DNA of 64,000 nt from an uncultured Candidatus Micrarchaeota archaeon (GTDB lineage Archaea; Micrarchaeota; Micrarchaeia; Burarchaeales; Fermentimicrarchaeaceae): assembly GCA_963760615.1 (NCBI GenBank), contig CAVXDX010000004.1, positions 64,001 to 128,000 on the forward strand, read 5' to 3'. The notes below the pieces were generated by a model, which was given only the letters and a program-made list of their open reading frames with translations, was not told where the DNA came from and did not search any database. Every line of letters starts with the position of its first letter. Position 1 is the first letter of the stretch. Of this stretch, positions 1 to 9,482 are shown in pieces. The position numbers and the translations under genes were made by a program.

Positions 1-1237
1 ACTTCTTCATCTTCTCAAACTGGCTTAACAAATCTCTGACGTCCTCAGCCTTCGTGCCAGAGCCTTTCGCTATCCTCTCAATTCTGCTCTTGTTCTTTCT
101 AACAAGCTCAACATCCTTCCTCTCAGCCTTTGTCATGGAGCCTATTATAACTTCATACTTTTTCAGCTTCTCCTCACTCTGCTCCATGAGCTCCTTTGGC
201 AGGTCAACCATCCCCATCATCTGGAAGACACTTTTGAGTGGCCCCATCTTCTTCGTTGCCTTGAGCTGCTCGTAGAAGCTCTCTATGGTCAGCTCCTCTT
301 CAAGCAGCTTCTCTGCCCCAGTTTCTTCAATTCCTGCCTGCTTAACCTTCTCAAGCAGCGCTTCCAAGTCAGGAAAGCCCAGCAGCCTCCCAACGAACTT
401 CTTGGCATCGAAAACCTCAAAATCCTCAAGCTTCTCCCCTGTTCCTATAAAGGCAACCTTTGCTCCAGATGCTGCAACCGAGCTGAGTGCTCCTCCCCCT
501 TTACCGCTTCCATCCATCTTTGTGACAAGCACCCCGGTGATGCCAACTGCCTTGTTGAACTCCTCAGCTTGCTTCCTTGCAATCTGACCTATATCTGCAC
601 TAACCACAAGGAGCTTCTCATCAGGCTTCAATACATCATTTATCTCTTTAAGCTCCTTCTGCAGCTCCTCATCAAAAGCATCCCTGCCCGATGAATCAAC
701 AATCACAACATCCTTATCTCTGAAATGCTCAAGCCCCCCCCTCACTATTTTTTTAACGTCTCTTTCTCCCTTAATTCCATAGAAAGGAACGCTTGTTTTT
801 GCTGCAAGCTGCTCCACCTGCTCATATGCGGCTGGCCTGTATGTATCGCAGCAGACAAGCCCCACACTCAAACCTCTGTCCCTGTAGAACTTGGCAAGCT
901 TTGCGGTGCTTGTTGTTTTTCCGCTTCCGAAAAGTCCAAGCAGCAGCACCTTCTGCTTCCCCAGCTTCGGCTCGTGCTTCTCACCCATCAGTGCAACAAG
1001 CTCATCATAGACAACCTTCACAACATGCTCCCTTGCACCTATCCCTCCTGCAGGCTTCTCCTTCAAGGCTCTCTCCTGAATCTTTTTGGAGAGCTCAAAG
1101 ACAAGCTTCACGTTCACGTCATTGCTTATGAGCACCCTCTGCAATTCCTTCACTAGCTCGGCTACTGCTTTCTCATCCACTATTGCTGCGCCAGTTATCC
1201 TAGCAAGCGCCTTCCGTAACCCTGCTCCCAAATCCAT
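1..1237 (-). CDS. srp54: Signal recognition particle protein SRP54 (3' end outside window)
   Basis: Hand translation from ATG 1237: MDLGAGLRKALARITGAAIVDEKAV...GLFGSGKTT...DTYRPAAYEQ (SRP GTPase G1 and DTxRPAA motifs). Absent from the ORF track because it runs off the edge. Confidence 0.95.
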   Translation of the reverse strand, partial: MDLGAGLRKALARITGAAIVDEKAVAELVKELQRVLISNDVNVKLVFELSKKIQERALKEKPAGGIGAREHVVKVVYDELVALMGEKHEPKLGKQKVLLLGLFGSGKTTSTAKLAKFYRDRGLSVGLVCCDTYRPAAYEQVEQLAAKTSVPFYGIKGERDVKKIVRGGLEHFRDKDVVIVDSSGRDAFDEELQKELKEINDVLKPDEKLLVVSADIGQIARKQAEEFNKAVGITGVLVTKMDGSGKGGGALSSVAASGAKVAFIGTGEKLEDFEVFDAKKFVGRLLGFPDLEALLEKVKQAGIEETGAEKLLEEELTIESFYEQLKATKKMGPLKSVFQMMGMVDLPKELMEQSEEKLKKYEVIIGSMTKAERKDVELVRKNKSRIERIAKGSGTKAEDVRDLLSQFEKMKK

Positions 1238-1388
1238 AGAAATCTCAGAATATACTTTGTACGTAGCCTATTTAATTCGTTACTGGAAATTTTACAGAAT
1301 ATGCATCAGAACACGTTCCAGCTGAAACCGTATTTAGGAGTGGCAGCATCAATATTTTAAATGTTAATAGACGAAATATACCTACAAT

Positions 1389-1489
1389 GGGCCCGTAGCT
1401 CAGTTGGTCAGAGCGGCAGTCTTATACGACGCGCTCTTACACAAGTCTAGGAAAGCTGTAGGTCGAGAGTTCAAATCTCTCCGGGCCCA
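1389..1489 (+). tRNA. tRNA-Ile(UAU) with a 27-nt canonical intron at 37/38 (1427-1453)
   Basis: Acceptor stem GGGCCCG/CGGGCCC, D-stem GCTC/GAGC, T-arm GAGAG-TTCAAAT-CTCTC. Bulge-helix-bulge: CTTA pairs with TAGG, bulges TA|C and AA|A, outer helix GAC/GTC. Anticodon TAT at 1423-1425. Confidence 0.92.
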
Positions 1490-1502
1490 TACAGGTTTTT
1501 GG

Positions 1503-1826
1503 ATGAGAAGAGGAAACAAGCCAGGTTTTCTCCTGCAGGTTGTGAGGGAGAGAATAAACATACTTTTCCAGCTCGCAGAGAAGGAGCTCAAGACGCATCC
1601 TGAGAGAGCGAGGAGGTATGTCTCCCTTGCAAGAAAGCTCGGCATGAAGTATAATGTGAGGTTCTCTCCAAAGCTCAAGAGGAGGTTCTGCAAGCAATGC
1701 GGAATTCTCTGGGTTCCAGGCTATAACCTGAAGGTGAGAGTGAACTCAAGGAAAAAGATGATGGAATACCGATGCGAGTGCGGAGCAGTGAGGAATTTTT
1801 CGCTGCATTCGAAGGTAAGTGAGTAA
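1503..1826 (+). CDS. rnp4: RNase P protein subunit Rpp21
   Basis: ARRYVSLARK, FCKQC and CECG zinc-ribbon motifs. Start moved to ATG 1503, downstream of the tRNA. Confidence 0.9.
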   Translation: MRRGNKPGFLLQVVRERINILFQLAEKELKTHPERARRYVSLARKLGMKYNVRFSPKLKRRFCKQCGILWVPGYNLKVRVNSRKKMMEYRCECGAVRNFSLHSKVSE

Positions 1827-1873
1827 ATTAATATACTTTAGTTGATTAAACTTATACTCTCTGAGGTGAAGAG

Positions 1874-2293
1874 ATGAAAAGTGTTTACGATGTGCCGGCA
1901 GACAGGCTCCTAAAGAAAGCTGCAGAGAAGCTCAAGGATGTTTCAGAGGTGAAGGCACCTGACTGGATGGAGTTTGCAAAGTCAGGAGCTCACCGAGAGA
2001 GACCTCCAGAGCAGGAGGACTTCTGGTATACCCGCTGCGCTTCCATACTGAGGAAGCTCTACATGGAGTCACCCATGGGAGTGAGCAGGATGAGAAGGGA
2101 GTATGGAGGGAGGAAGCACAGAGGAGTTAAACCAGAGAGATTCAGGAAGGGGAGCGGCTCTGTGGCGCGAGAAGCTTTGCAGCAGCTTGAGAAGGCAGGC
2201 TTCGTAGGGCACACCAAGAAGGGAAGGCACATAACAGGAAAGGGTAAAGCATTTCTTGACTCCGCCGCAAAGGAGGCATCAAAGGTGAGCTAG
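1874..2293 (+). CDS. rps19e: 30S ribosomal protein S19e
   Basis: SVYDVPAD, WYTRCASILRK, YGGRKHRG motifs; conserved operon position. Confidence 0.97.
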   Translation: MKSVYDVPADRLLKKAAEKLKDVSEVKAPDWMEFAKSGAHRERPPEQEDFWYTRCASILRKLYMESPMGVSRMRREYGGRKHRGVKPERFRKGSGSVAREALQQLEKAGFVGHTKKGRHITGKGKAFLDSAAKEASKVS

Positions 2294-2294
2294 C

Positions 2295-2600
2295 TTGGGA
2301 GAGAATGAAGCAGAAGGGCAGAAGGAGCTGAGGGAAAGGCTCATGAAATACCAGCAGGCTAGGGAGCTTGAGATGCAGAAGAAGTTCGCATTGAAGTATA
2401 TTGTTGACGCCCAGGCGTATGAGAGGCTCATGAACGTGAGAATAGCAAACCCCGCGCTCTATGACCAGCTCGTCACAATGCTCGTATACTTATACCAAAA
2501 TAAACAGGTGAAGGGCAAGGTAACAGATGAGCAGCTCAAGACAATCCTTGCAAGGATAACAGCAAGAAAGGAGCCTGAGATAATATTCAAAAAGAAGTGA
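2295..2600 (+). CDS. PDCD5-family DNA-binding protein
   Basis: AYERLMNVRIANP...VTDEQLKTIL motif; usual position after rps19e; TTG start. Confidence 0.85.
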   Translation: MGENEAEGQKELRERLMKYQQARELEMQKKFALKYIVDAQAYERLMNVRIANPALYDQLVTMLVYLYQNKQVKGKVTDEQLKTILARITARKEPEIIFKKK

Positions 2601-2604
2601 TGCT

Positions 2605-2769
2605 ATGGGAAGTGTGAAAACAAGCAGGAAGAAAACTGCCCTTGGGGCAGCCATGAGAAGGAGTAAGAGAATACCCGTATTCGTTGTTGCGAAGACGAAC
2701 AGGAGAATCAGAACCAACCCGCATGCCAGGAACTGGAGGAGAAGGAAGCTTAAGCTTCATATGAAATAG
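2605..2769 (+). CDS. rpl39e: 50S ribosomal protein L39e (54 aa, not in ORF track)
   Basis: Hand translation MGSVKTSRKKTALGAAMRRSKRIPVFVVAKTNRRIRTNPHARNWRRRKLKLHMK. Confidence 0.93.
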   Translation: MGSVKTSRKKTALGAAMRRSKRIPVFVVAKTNRRIRTNPHARNWRRRKLKLHMK

Positions 2770-2777
2770 GTGAGCCG

Positions 2778-3104
2778 ATGGTTGAAGAGCTGGAGAGAGT
2801 ATACACAGTGTCGCTCGTGGGCGCATACAAAACAGTGAGAAGGAAAAGGACCTCAAGAGCAGTCAAGCTGCTGAAATCCTTCCTCGCGAGGCACATGAAA
2901 ACCCAGGAGGAGAGGGTGAAGGTTAGCGCTGAGGTGAACTCATTCCTTTGGCAGAGAGGGATGCAGAGGCCACCCAGAAGGGTCAAGGTGAAGGTGAAAA
3001 GGGACGCCAAGGGAGAGGTTTCTGTAAGCCTTGTGGAGGAGCCAAAAGCCGAGAAGCCATCTGAGAAACCTGCAGAGCCAAAGCAGGAGGAGAAGAAGGG
3101 GTAA
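2778..3104 (+). CDS. rpl31e: 50S ribosomal protein L31e
   Basis: ERVYTV, RAVKLLKSFLARHMK, VNSFLWQRG...PPRRVKV. Confidence 0.95.
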   Translation: MVEELERVYTVSLVGAYKTVRRKRTSRAVKLLKSFLARHMKTQEERVKVSAEVNSFLWQRGMQRPPRRVKVKVKRDAKGEVSVSLVEEPKAEKPSEKPAEPKQEEKKG

Positions 3105-3108
3105 GTTG

Positions 3109-3780
3109 ATGCATTTTGCAAAGGCAGCCATTGAGGGAAACTCATTCCTTGGAATCTTTGCAAAAACCAACGACTCCATCACGCTGCTCCCAAAGAACTC
3201 ATCAGAGAAGCTCAAAAAAGTCTGCTCAGAAGTCCTGAAAACGCAGGTTGTCACGGCAACAATCTCCAACTCAAACCTCATAGGCATATTCTCCGCGATG
3301 AATTCAAACGGCATGGTGCTTCCAGCTGCAGTTTATGATTATGAGCTGAATGAGCTCAGGGAGGCAGGTCTCAACGTGTCGGTGATTGATGACAGGAACT
3401 CGGCATTTGGCAACAATATACTGACGAATGACTCGGCATGCCTTATCAACCCCTCCATGAGCAACAGGAGCATGAGGAACATTGCGGACTGCCTTGGTGT
3501 GGAGGTTGTGAAAGGGAGAGTCGGTGGGTATAAAACAGCGGGAGTCTCTGCAGTTGTTACAAACAACGGGCTGCTTACAAAGACGAGTGTAACTGATGAG
3601 GAGCTCGCCTTCCTGGAGGGCCTCTTCAAGGTGAAGGGTGCTGTGGGCACTGCAAACATGGGGGTGCCTTTCATTGGGCTGTGCATGCTTGCAAACAGGA
3701 ATGGGTTTGTTGCAGGTGAATTGACAAGCGGGTTTGAGCTGAACAGAATTGATGAAGCGCTTGGCTTCATCGGCAGGTGA
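3109..3780 (+). CDS. eif6: Translation initiation factor aIF-6
   Basis: GNSFLGIF, GNNILTND, GTANMGVPFIG, TSGFELNRI. Start moved to ATG 3109. Confidence 0.95.
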   Translation: MHFAKAAIEGNSFLGIFAKTNDSITLLPKNSSEKLKKVCSEVLKTQVVTATISNSNLIGIFSAMNSNGMVLPAAVYDYELNELREAGLNVSVIDDRNSAFGNNILTNDSACLINPSMSNRSMRNIADCLGVEVVKGRVGGYKTAGVSAVVTNNGLLTKTSVTDEELAFLEGLFKVKGAVGTANMGVPFIGLCMLANRNGFVAGELTSGFELNRIDEALGFIGR

Positions 3781-3784
3781 TTGC

Positions 3785-4111
3785 GTGAGTATTGTGACTT
3801 TTGATGAGTTCAGGAATATGGATTTCCGCGTAGGGGAAGTTGAGAGCGCGGAGAAGGTTCCGAACACTGACAGACTCATAAAGATGATTATAAATATAGG
3901 GGCGGAGAAAAGACAAGTAATAGCGGGTATAGGCAACAGCTATGAACCTGACCAGCTTGTGAGTAGAAAGCTGGTGATTCTGGCTAACCTTGAGCACAAG
4001 AAATTCAAGGGTCTTGAATCCGAGGCGATGATACTCGCAGCTGACTGGGAGGGCGGCACGGTGGTCATTTTCGTTGGTGATGATGTTCCGGTTGGAACAA
4101 GAGTGGTGTGA
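3785..4111 (+). CDS. Stand-alone tRNA-binding OB-fold protein (Trbp111/CsaA/MetRS C-terminal-like)
   Basis: DFRVGEV, RQVIAGI, ILANLEHKKFKGLESEAMIL. Probable GTG start at 3785. Confidence 0.85.
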   Translation: MSIVTFDEFRNMDFRVGEVESAEKVPNTDRLIKMIINIGAEKRQVIAGIGNSYEPDQLVSRKLVILANLEHKKFKGLESEAMILAADWEGGTVVIFVGDDVPVGTRVV

Positions 4112-4113
4112 TT

Positions 4114-4290
4114 ATGAAGTACTCAATAGACGGTGAGATGCTCCTGAAGGGAGAGAAGAGGAAATTCCACAAGGAGGTGGAAGTAGACAACAAGAAAAGG
4201 GCAATTGAGAGGGTCTACATGTCTCTCGGGAGCAACCACGGGCTGAGCAGGAAGAATATAACCATAGCATCAGTGCAGGAGGTGAAATGA
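4114..4290 (+). CDS. rpl18a: 50S ribosomal protein LX (L18a/L20e family)
   Basis: FHKEV...AIERVYMSLGSNHGLSRKNITI; operon position. Confidence 0.88.
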   Translation: MKYSIDGEMLLKGEKRKFHKEVEVDNKKRAIERVYMSLGSNHGLSRKNITIASVQEVK

Positions 4291-4763
4291 TGGCAGGCAA
4301 AGATGATATGGCGAAGATTGCATACGAGATGCAGCTCTACAGGGAGGAGGCGCAGGTGATTCAGCAGCAGCTTGCAAACCTGCAGATAAACTACTCCTCA
4401 GCAGAGGCCGCAGTTCAGACTCTTGAGAACCTCAGCAAGCTCCAGAAGGATGAGGACATGCTGCTCCCGATAGGCTCCGGAGCATACATAAAGTCAAAGG
4501 TTGGGAGCAATGACGTTGCTCTTATAGATGTTGGAGCCGGGGTTATTGTTGAGAAGCCAGTCCCAGAGGCAGTGACATTCCTGAAGTCAAAGATGGGGGA
4601 GATGGATTCAATAAAGGACAAGCTGCAGAAGAACTTCGTGGAAATCTCCAATAAAATGAAATCTCTGGAGGAGTCCGCGAACAGACTCATGGAGAAGATG
4701 AGGGCGGACAAGGAAATAAAACCCTACAAGGACGAGGATGTGGAGCATCAGGAGTATAGGTAA
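4287..4763 (+). CDS. pfdA: Prefoldin alpha subunit
   Basis: Coiled coils flanking LLPIGSGAYIK...LIDVGAGVIVEK. Confidence 0.93.
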   Translation: MMAGKDDMAKIAYEMQLYREEAQVIQQQLANLQINYSSAEAAVQTLENLSKLQKDEDMLLPIGSGAYIKSKVGSNDVALIDVGAGVIVEKPVPEAVTFLKSKMGEMDSIKDKLQKNFVEISNKMKSLEESANRLMEKMRADKEIKPYKDEDVEHQEYR

Positions 4764-4780
4764 AAGTCGGGCGCATAGGG

Positions 4781-5842
4781 ATGTTCAACCTTCTGAAGAA
4801 CAAACTCTCCTCTTTTGTAAACTCTCTCTCTAGGAAGGTTGAGGAAAAACCTGAGGAGCCTGCCCCGAAGCAGAAGGAGAAAAAGCCCAGAGCAGAGGAG
4901 AAGCCTCAGAAGGTGCATGCTGAAAAGCCTAGTGAGGAGAAGAGAGAGCTGAAGCTCAGCCTTGAGACGAGGGTCAGAAGCATACTATCACCTGAAGTTG
5001 AGATAAGAGAGAAAGATGTTTCTGGACTGCTTGAAGAACTTGAGCTCTCATTGCTGGAGGCAGATGTAGCCTATGATGCTGCAAGGAGCATCACCTCTGA
5101 TATGAGGAACAAGCTTATTGGGATGCATGTAAACAAAAACGAGGTCGGCAGGGCCGCCCATGACGTTGTGAGGGCGACTCTCCTAGAGGTCATGGAGAAG
5201 GAGAAGCCCGATGTCGTTGAGCTGGCCCGTAAGAAGGTCTCCTCTGGCGGGGTGTTTGTGATACTTTTCCTTGGGCCCAACGGCTCTGGCAAGACGACAA
5301 CAATTGCAAAGATGGCGAATCTCTTCAAGAAGAACAGCCTCTCCTGTGTGATTGCAGCTGCAGATACATGGAGGGCAGCTTCCCAGGAGCAGGCCGAAGT
5401 GTGGGCTGGGAGGCTGGGCATAAAGGCGGTTGGGGGGCAGTACGGCTCAGACCCAACTTCCATAGCATGGAATGCGCTCGCCCATGCCAAGGCCAAAGGA
5501 ATAAACATCGTGCTCATAGACACTGCAGGAAGGCAGGAGACAAGTAAGAATCTGATGAAGGAGCTTGAGAAGATGAACCGAGTGCTGAAGCCGGATTTGA
5601 AAGTGTACATTGGGGAGGCTCTTACTGGCAACGCCATTGTGGAACAGGTGAAGGAGTTTGACAAGCTCATAGGTGTGGATGGAGTGATACTCACAAAGGC
5701 GGATGTGGATGAGAAGGGAGGAGCTGCTCTCTCAGTCTTTCACTCAACTGGCAAGCCCATCCTATACCTGGGCGTAGGACAAGAGCTGGATGATATTCAG
5801 GAGTTCTCTCCGAATTTTGTTATAAGAACTCTCCTTGCTTAG
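4781..5842 (+). CDS. ftsY: SRP receptor FtsY
   Basis: GPNGSGKTTT, DTWRAA, DTAGR, TKAD, GVGQELDD motifs. Confidence 0.96.
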   Translation: MFNLLKNKLSSFVNSLSRKVEEKPEEPAPKQKEKKPRAEEKPQKVHAEKPSEEKRELKLSLETRVRSILSPEVEIREKDVSGLLEELELSLLEADVAYDAARSITSDMRNKLIGMHVNKNEVGRAAHDVVRATLLEVMEKEKPDVVELARKKVSSGGVFVILFLGPNGSGKTTTIAKMANLFKKNSLSCVIAAADTWRAASQEQAEVWAGRLGIKAVGGQYGSDPTSIAWNALAHAKAKGINIVLIDTAGRQETSKNLMKELEKMNRVLKPDLKVYIGEALTGNAIVEQVKEFDKLIGVDGVILTKADVDEKGGAALSVFHSTGKPILYLGVGQELDDIQEFSPNFVIRTLLA

Positions 5843-5889
5843 CAGAAGCGACGAAAATTCACGCCCTTCAGGGGCTGGGACCATGTCAC
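5843..5889 (+). mobile_element. Probable IS200/IS605-family right-end remnant (no ORF)
   Basis: GAAGCGACGAAAATTCACGCCCTTCAGGGGCTGGGACCATGTCAC resembles the GAAG...CCCTTCAGGG...GGGA..ATGTCAC end of IS605/tnpB elements. Recognised from memory, not by search. Confidence 0.45.
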
Positions 5890-5890
5890 C

Positions 5891-6622
5891 TCATTTGCCT
5901 TTTGCCAAACCCGCAGCAATAATCAAACCGAAGTACAAAACGTAAAAAATAATTACCAGCGCTATGGCAACAAGGACTGGGATTAATACAACGGCTATTG
6001 CCTTGTTCCTTGTTAAGTTGTGGACATATTTGATAATCAGATATCTAATATAGAGGTTGTACACGGCAAAGGCCATCATTACCGGTTGGGTGAACAGGCC
6101 CAAGCACGGAATCATTGATACTGCCACGAAAGGTGTCATCATGACTAAAAGCGTAGCAGTCTGCAATGCTTCCAGATAGGCATTCGCGGTATATCTCCCG
6201 GTCCCCCCTAATAACCTAGCAAGCAAGAACTCAATGCCCGAGTATCCAAGCCAGCTAACTATGGAGAACAGGACCATAAATACAATTATCGCTATGACTA
6301 TGAGCACGGCTACAACAATAGTCCATACGCAGGCATTTATACCACCAGCGAGCGTCAAGGGTATGAGCGTTATTCCAAGGAAGAAGCCCATAAAGGTGCC
6401 GAGTAACAAAACCAATACTATCGAATAGAAGAAACTAGACACCGCAATATCCTTCGCACCTCTGGAAAGGGAGGCATTCTTCATCTCACTTTTAATTGTC
6501 TTGCTTGGCTCAAACAGCATATCCTTCCAGACGGGCAGCCTCTCATACGGGATTTTTTTAATTATATTTTCGACAAACCCGCTAAGCCCCTCAATACGGT
6601 TGTCTACGTTTTTCTCAGCCAA
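5891..6622 (-). CDS. Yip1-family membrane protein
   Basis: About five TM segments, LFEPSKTI near the N-terminus, ARLLGGTGRY, HNLTRNKAIAVVLIP. Confidence 0.75.
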   Translation of the reverse strand: MAEKNVDNRIEGLSGFVENIIKKIPYERLPVWKDMLFEPSKTIKSEMKNASLSRGAKDIAVSSFFYSIVLVLLLGTFMGFFLGITLIPLTLAGGINACVWTIVVAVLIVIAIIVFMVLFSIVSWLGYSGIEFLLARLLGGTGRYTANAYLEALQTATLLVMMTPFVAVSMIPCLGLFTQPVMMAFAVYNLYIRYLIIKYVHNLTRNKAIAVVLIPVLVAIALVIIFYVLYFGLIIAAGLAKGK

Positions 6623-6698
6623 TCAATCACCCATAAACTAAATATAAAATATGATATTTATAATCATTATCTGCTGCAGTTCATATCTCAAAAATCAA

Positions 6699-9383
6699 TC
6701 ACTGCCAGCCGTATCTTCTCATGAACCATCCCTTCAGAACCTGCACATGCACCAGGTAGACAAGAATTATTATGGCAATCAGCATGAGGTACTGAATTGT
6801 AGGATGTGCGAAACCCAGCACGCCCGCAACCGGCGACAGTGTAAGAATCAGCGCAGTGAGCACAATACCTGCAGTTGTTAAAACGAGCCACTTGCTGGGG
6901 CTGCTCTCTAGGAATGGCACTTTCGAAGTGCGTATGATATAAATTACAAATGTCTGAGTGCCAAGGGACTCCAGGAACCAGAATGTCTGGAAGAGAGCAA
7001 TTGATCCATTAATGTAGTAATAAAAATATAAACCTATGGCGTAGGTTATCAAATCATAGAGCGAGCTTATGGGTCCAAAACATATTATGAAATTCTTGAT
7101 GTAATTTATCCTCCAGGGAGTGGGCTTGAGCAAGTATTCTGCATCAATATTATCTGTGGGTATGGTCAGCTGCGACATGTCATAGAGGAAGTTGTTCACA
7201 AGTATCTGCAGCGATGTCATGGGCAGGAACGGCAGGAAGACACTACCAACGCTGACGCTTATCATATTCCCGACATTGGAACTTGCACCCATTTTTATGT
7301 ACTTGAGCACGTTTCCGTATACCTTTCTTCCTTCTATGACTCCGTCTTCCAGTACAAGAAGGCTCTTCTCAAGGAGTATTATGTCCGCAGTTTCCTTCGC
7401 AATATCCGCTGCATTGTCAACAGAGATTCCGACATCGGCAGTCTTTATCGAAGGAGCATCATTTATCCCATCGCCTAGGAAACCCACCGTATGCCCTGCT
7501 TTTTTCAGTATTCGTATAACCCTCTCCTTCTGAATAGGGTTCAGCCTGGCGAAAACAGATGTTTTATTCACAACCGCGAGCAGCTCCTCATCGCTTAGAT
7601 TGTCAATTCCGTCACCTGTTACAATGCTGCTGACATCGATTCCAACATCCCCGCATATTTTCTTTGAAACCAGCTCGTTGTCACCTGTCAAAATCTTGAG
7701 CTGTATACCCAATTTCCTGAGTGAATCAAGAATCTTTTTTGCATCGGGCTTTGGCGGGTCTAGGAATATTATAAATCCTTTCAGAACAAGCTCGCTCTCA
7801 TCATCCTTTGAATATGACTTTTTCTTGTGCTTGAATTTTCTGTAAGCCAGCGCGAGAACCCTAAAGCCCTGTCTTGCGTACTTGTCGGATTCACTCATAA
7901 GATGTTGGGGAATTTTTCCACTGATATTATAAACGTCCCCGTCAAGCTCATACATATTGCAACGTTTAAGCACTTCCTCCGGGGCTCCCTTTGTTATAAG
8001 AATGTGGCCTCCATCCTCCTCCATAACCACCGACATGAGCCTTCTGGTGAAATCAAAAGGTATCTCGTCGACTTTTTTTCTCCTGTGCATTAAAACCTGT
8101 TCATGCTTTATTATCGCCTTGTCAAGCAGGTTCTTAAGCCCTGTCTGGAAGTAGCTGTTCATGTATGCATATTTAAGCACCTCCTCACTCTCCCTTCTCT
8201 GCAAATCGAAATGCCTTTCCAGTACAACTTCTCCAAGGGTGATAGTTCCTGTCTTGTCGCTGCAGAGCACATCCATCGCCCCGAGGTTCTGGATTGAGCT
8301 GAGCCTCTTTACAATGACTTTCTTCTTTGACATCTTCATTGCCCCACTTGAAAGGTTCACTGTGATAAGCATGGGGAGCATCTCAGGAGTAATCCCCACA
8401 GTGACTGCAAGGGCGAAAAGCAACGCCCCCATGGCATCCCCCTTTAGTAGTGTGTTAATGATGAATATGGGGACGGTCAGAATGACTATGAACCAAATCA
8501 TAAGGCGCACGAAACTGTTCACACCAGTATCAAAGCTTGTAACCGTGTCCCTGCCCGCAATCATTGTTGCAAGTTCCCCGAACTGGGTTGAAGGCCCTGT
8601 CTTTACAACCAGTCCGACTCCAGTGCCGCTCATGACGTTTGAGCCCATAAAAGCGATGTTTGTCAGCTCAGTTATGGAACTCCCCTTCACGATGATTGAC
8701 TCCCCTGTTTTTTCAACAGGGAAAGACTCCCCGGTAAGTGTTGCTTGGTTTATGAAAAGATCCTTGGCGTCAATAATCCTCAAGTCCGCAGGAATTATAT
8801 TCCCTGCTGAGAGCAGAACAATATCACCTGGCACAAGCTGGCCCGTGTTCAATTCATGGTGCCTGCCCTCCCTCACAGCAGTCGCATTTACAGAAACCAT
8901 CTCTATGAGCTTCTGCGCCTCCCTCTTTGCCTTGTACTCCTGGTAGAAGGAGAGCGATACGCTGATAATCGTCATGAGGTACACCAGAACTGCGCTTACC
9001 AGCTGGTTCGTGAGAAGCGAGACGGTTGCAACTATGAGAAGAACTATGATGAGCGGATTTTTGAACCTCTCAAGAATCTGCAGCGGTAAAGGAACCTCCT
9101 TGGTTCTTGTAGGCTCATTAAAACCGTACTCGTCAAGCCTTCTCTTCGCCTCTCTTCCCGAGAGGCCCTTCATTGAGGTTTTAAAATTCTTAAGAAGAGT
9201 ATCCTTGGAAAGCTCAGCAAGCTCGGGTTCAAACTTCTTCTGAGTATCACTGGCAGCTTCTAACTTCCCATCACCACCAAACAATCTAAAAACAGGGGCT
9301 TCTATAGCAGTGATTATCTTATCAAGTAGGTTTTCTCTTTTCTCAGCTGTGGCTTTCGGCTCAGAATTCTGGGCTTCTTTCAT
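6699..9383 (-). CDS. mgtA: Mg2+-translocating P-type ATPase (MgtA-like, P3B)
   Basis: TGES, PEMLP, DKTGT, TGDN, GDGIND motifs; YMNSYFQTGLKNLLDKAI and NFLYD are typical of MgtA. Confidence 0.9.
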   Translation of the reverse strand: MKEAQNSEPKATAEKRENLLDKIITAIEAPVFRLFGGDGKLEAASDTQKKFEPELAELSKDTLLKNFKTSMKGLSGREAKRRLDEYGFNEPTRTKEVPLPLQILERFKNPLIIVLLIVATVSLLTNQLVSAVLVYLMTIISVSLSFYQEYKAKREAQKLIEMVSVNATAVREGRHHELNTGQLVPGDIVLLSAGNIIPADLRIIDAKDLFINQATLTGESFPVEKTGESIIVKGSSITELTNIAFMGSNVMSGTGVGLVVKTGPSTQFGELATMIAGRDTVTSFDTGVNSFVRLMIWFIVILTVPIFIINTLLKGDAMGALLFALAVTVGITPEMLPMLITVNLSSGAMKMSKKKVIVKRLSSIQNLGAMDVLCSDKTGTITLGEVVLERHFDLQRRESEEVLKYAYMNSYFQTGLKNLLDKAIIKHEQVLMHRRKKVDEIPFDFTRRLMSVVMEEDGGHILITKGAPEEVLKRCNMYELDGDVYNISGKIPQHLMSESDKYARQGFRVLALAYRKFKHKKKSYSKDDESELVLKGFIIFLDPPKPDAKKILDSLRKLGIQLKILTGDNELVSKKICGDVGIDVSSIVTGDGIDNLSDEELLAVVNKTSVFARLNPIQKERVIRILKKAGHTVGFLGDGINDAPSIKTADVGISVDNAADIAKETADIILLEKSLLVLEDGVIEGRKVYGNVLKYIKMGASSNVGNMISVSVGSVFLPFLPMTSLQILVNNFLYDMSQLTIPTDNIDAEYLLKPTPWRINYIKNFIICFGPISSLYDLITYAIGLYFYYYINGSIALFQTFWFLESLGTQTFVIYIIRTSKVPFLESSPSKWLVLTTAGIVLTALILTLSPVAGVLGFAHPTIQYLMLIAIIILVYLVHVQVLKGWFMRRYGWQ

Positions 9384-9482
9384 TAATTCTTCGCAACCTC
9401 CAGTGCTTTCTACAATGCTCTGCTTCTCCCGAGCATCTAAATTAGCTCATAGCATGCTTTAAAGCGTTTCTGTCGACGCATA

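Noticed and set aside
1404-1502. N-terminal extension of the Rpp21 ORF in the track
   Set aside because: It overlaps the tRNA-Ile gene; the real start is most likely ATG 1503.
9415-9436. Mg2+-sensing leader upstream of mgtA
   Set aside because: Only a 6-bp hairpin (ATGCTC/GAGCAT); no M-box-like structure or leader peptide.
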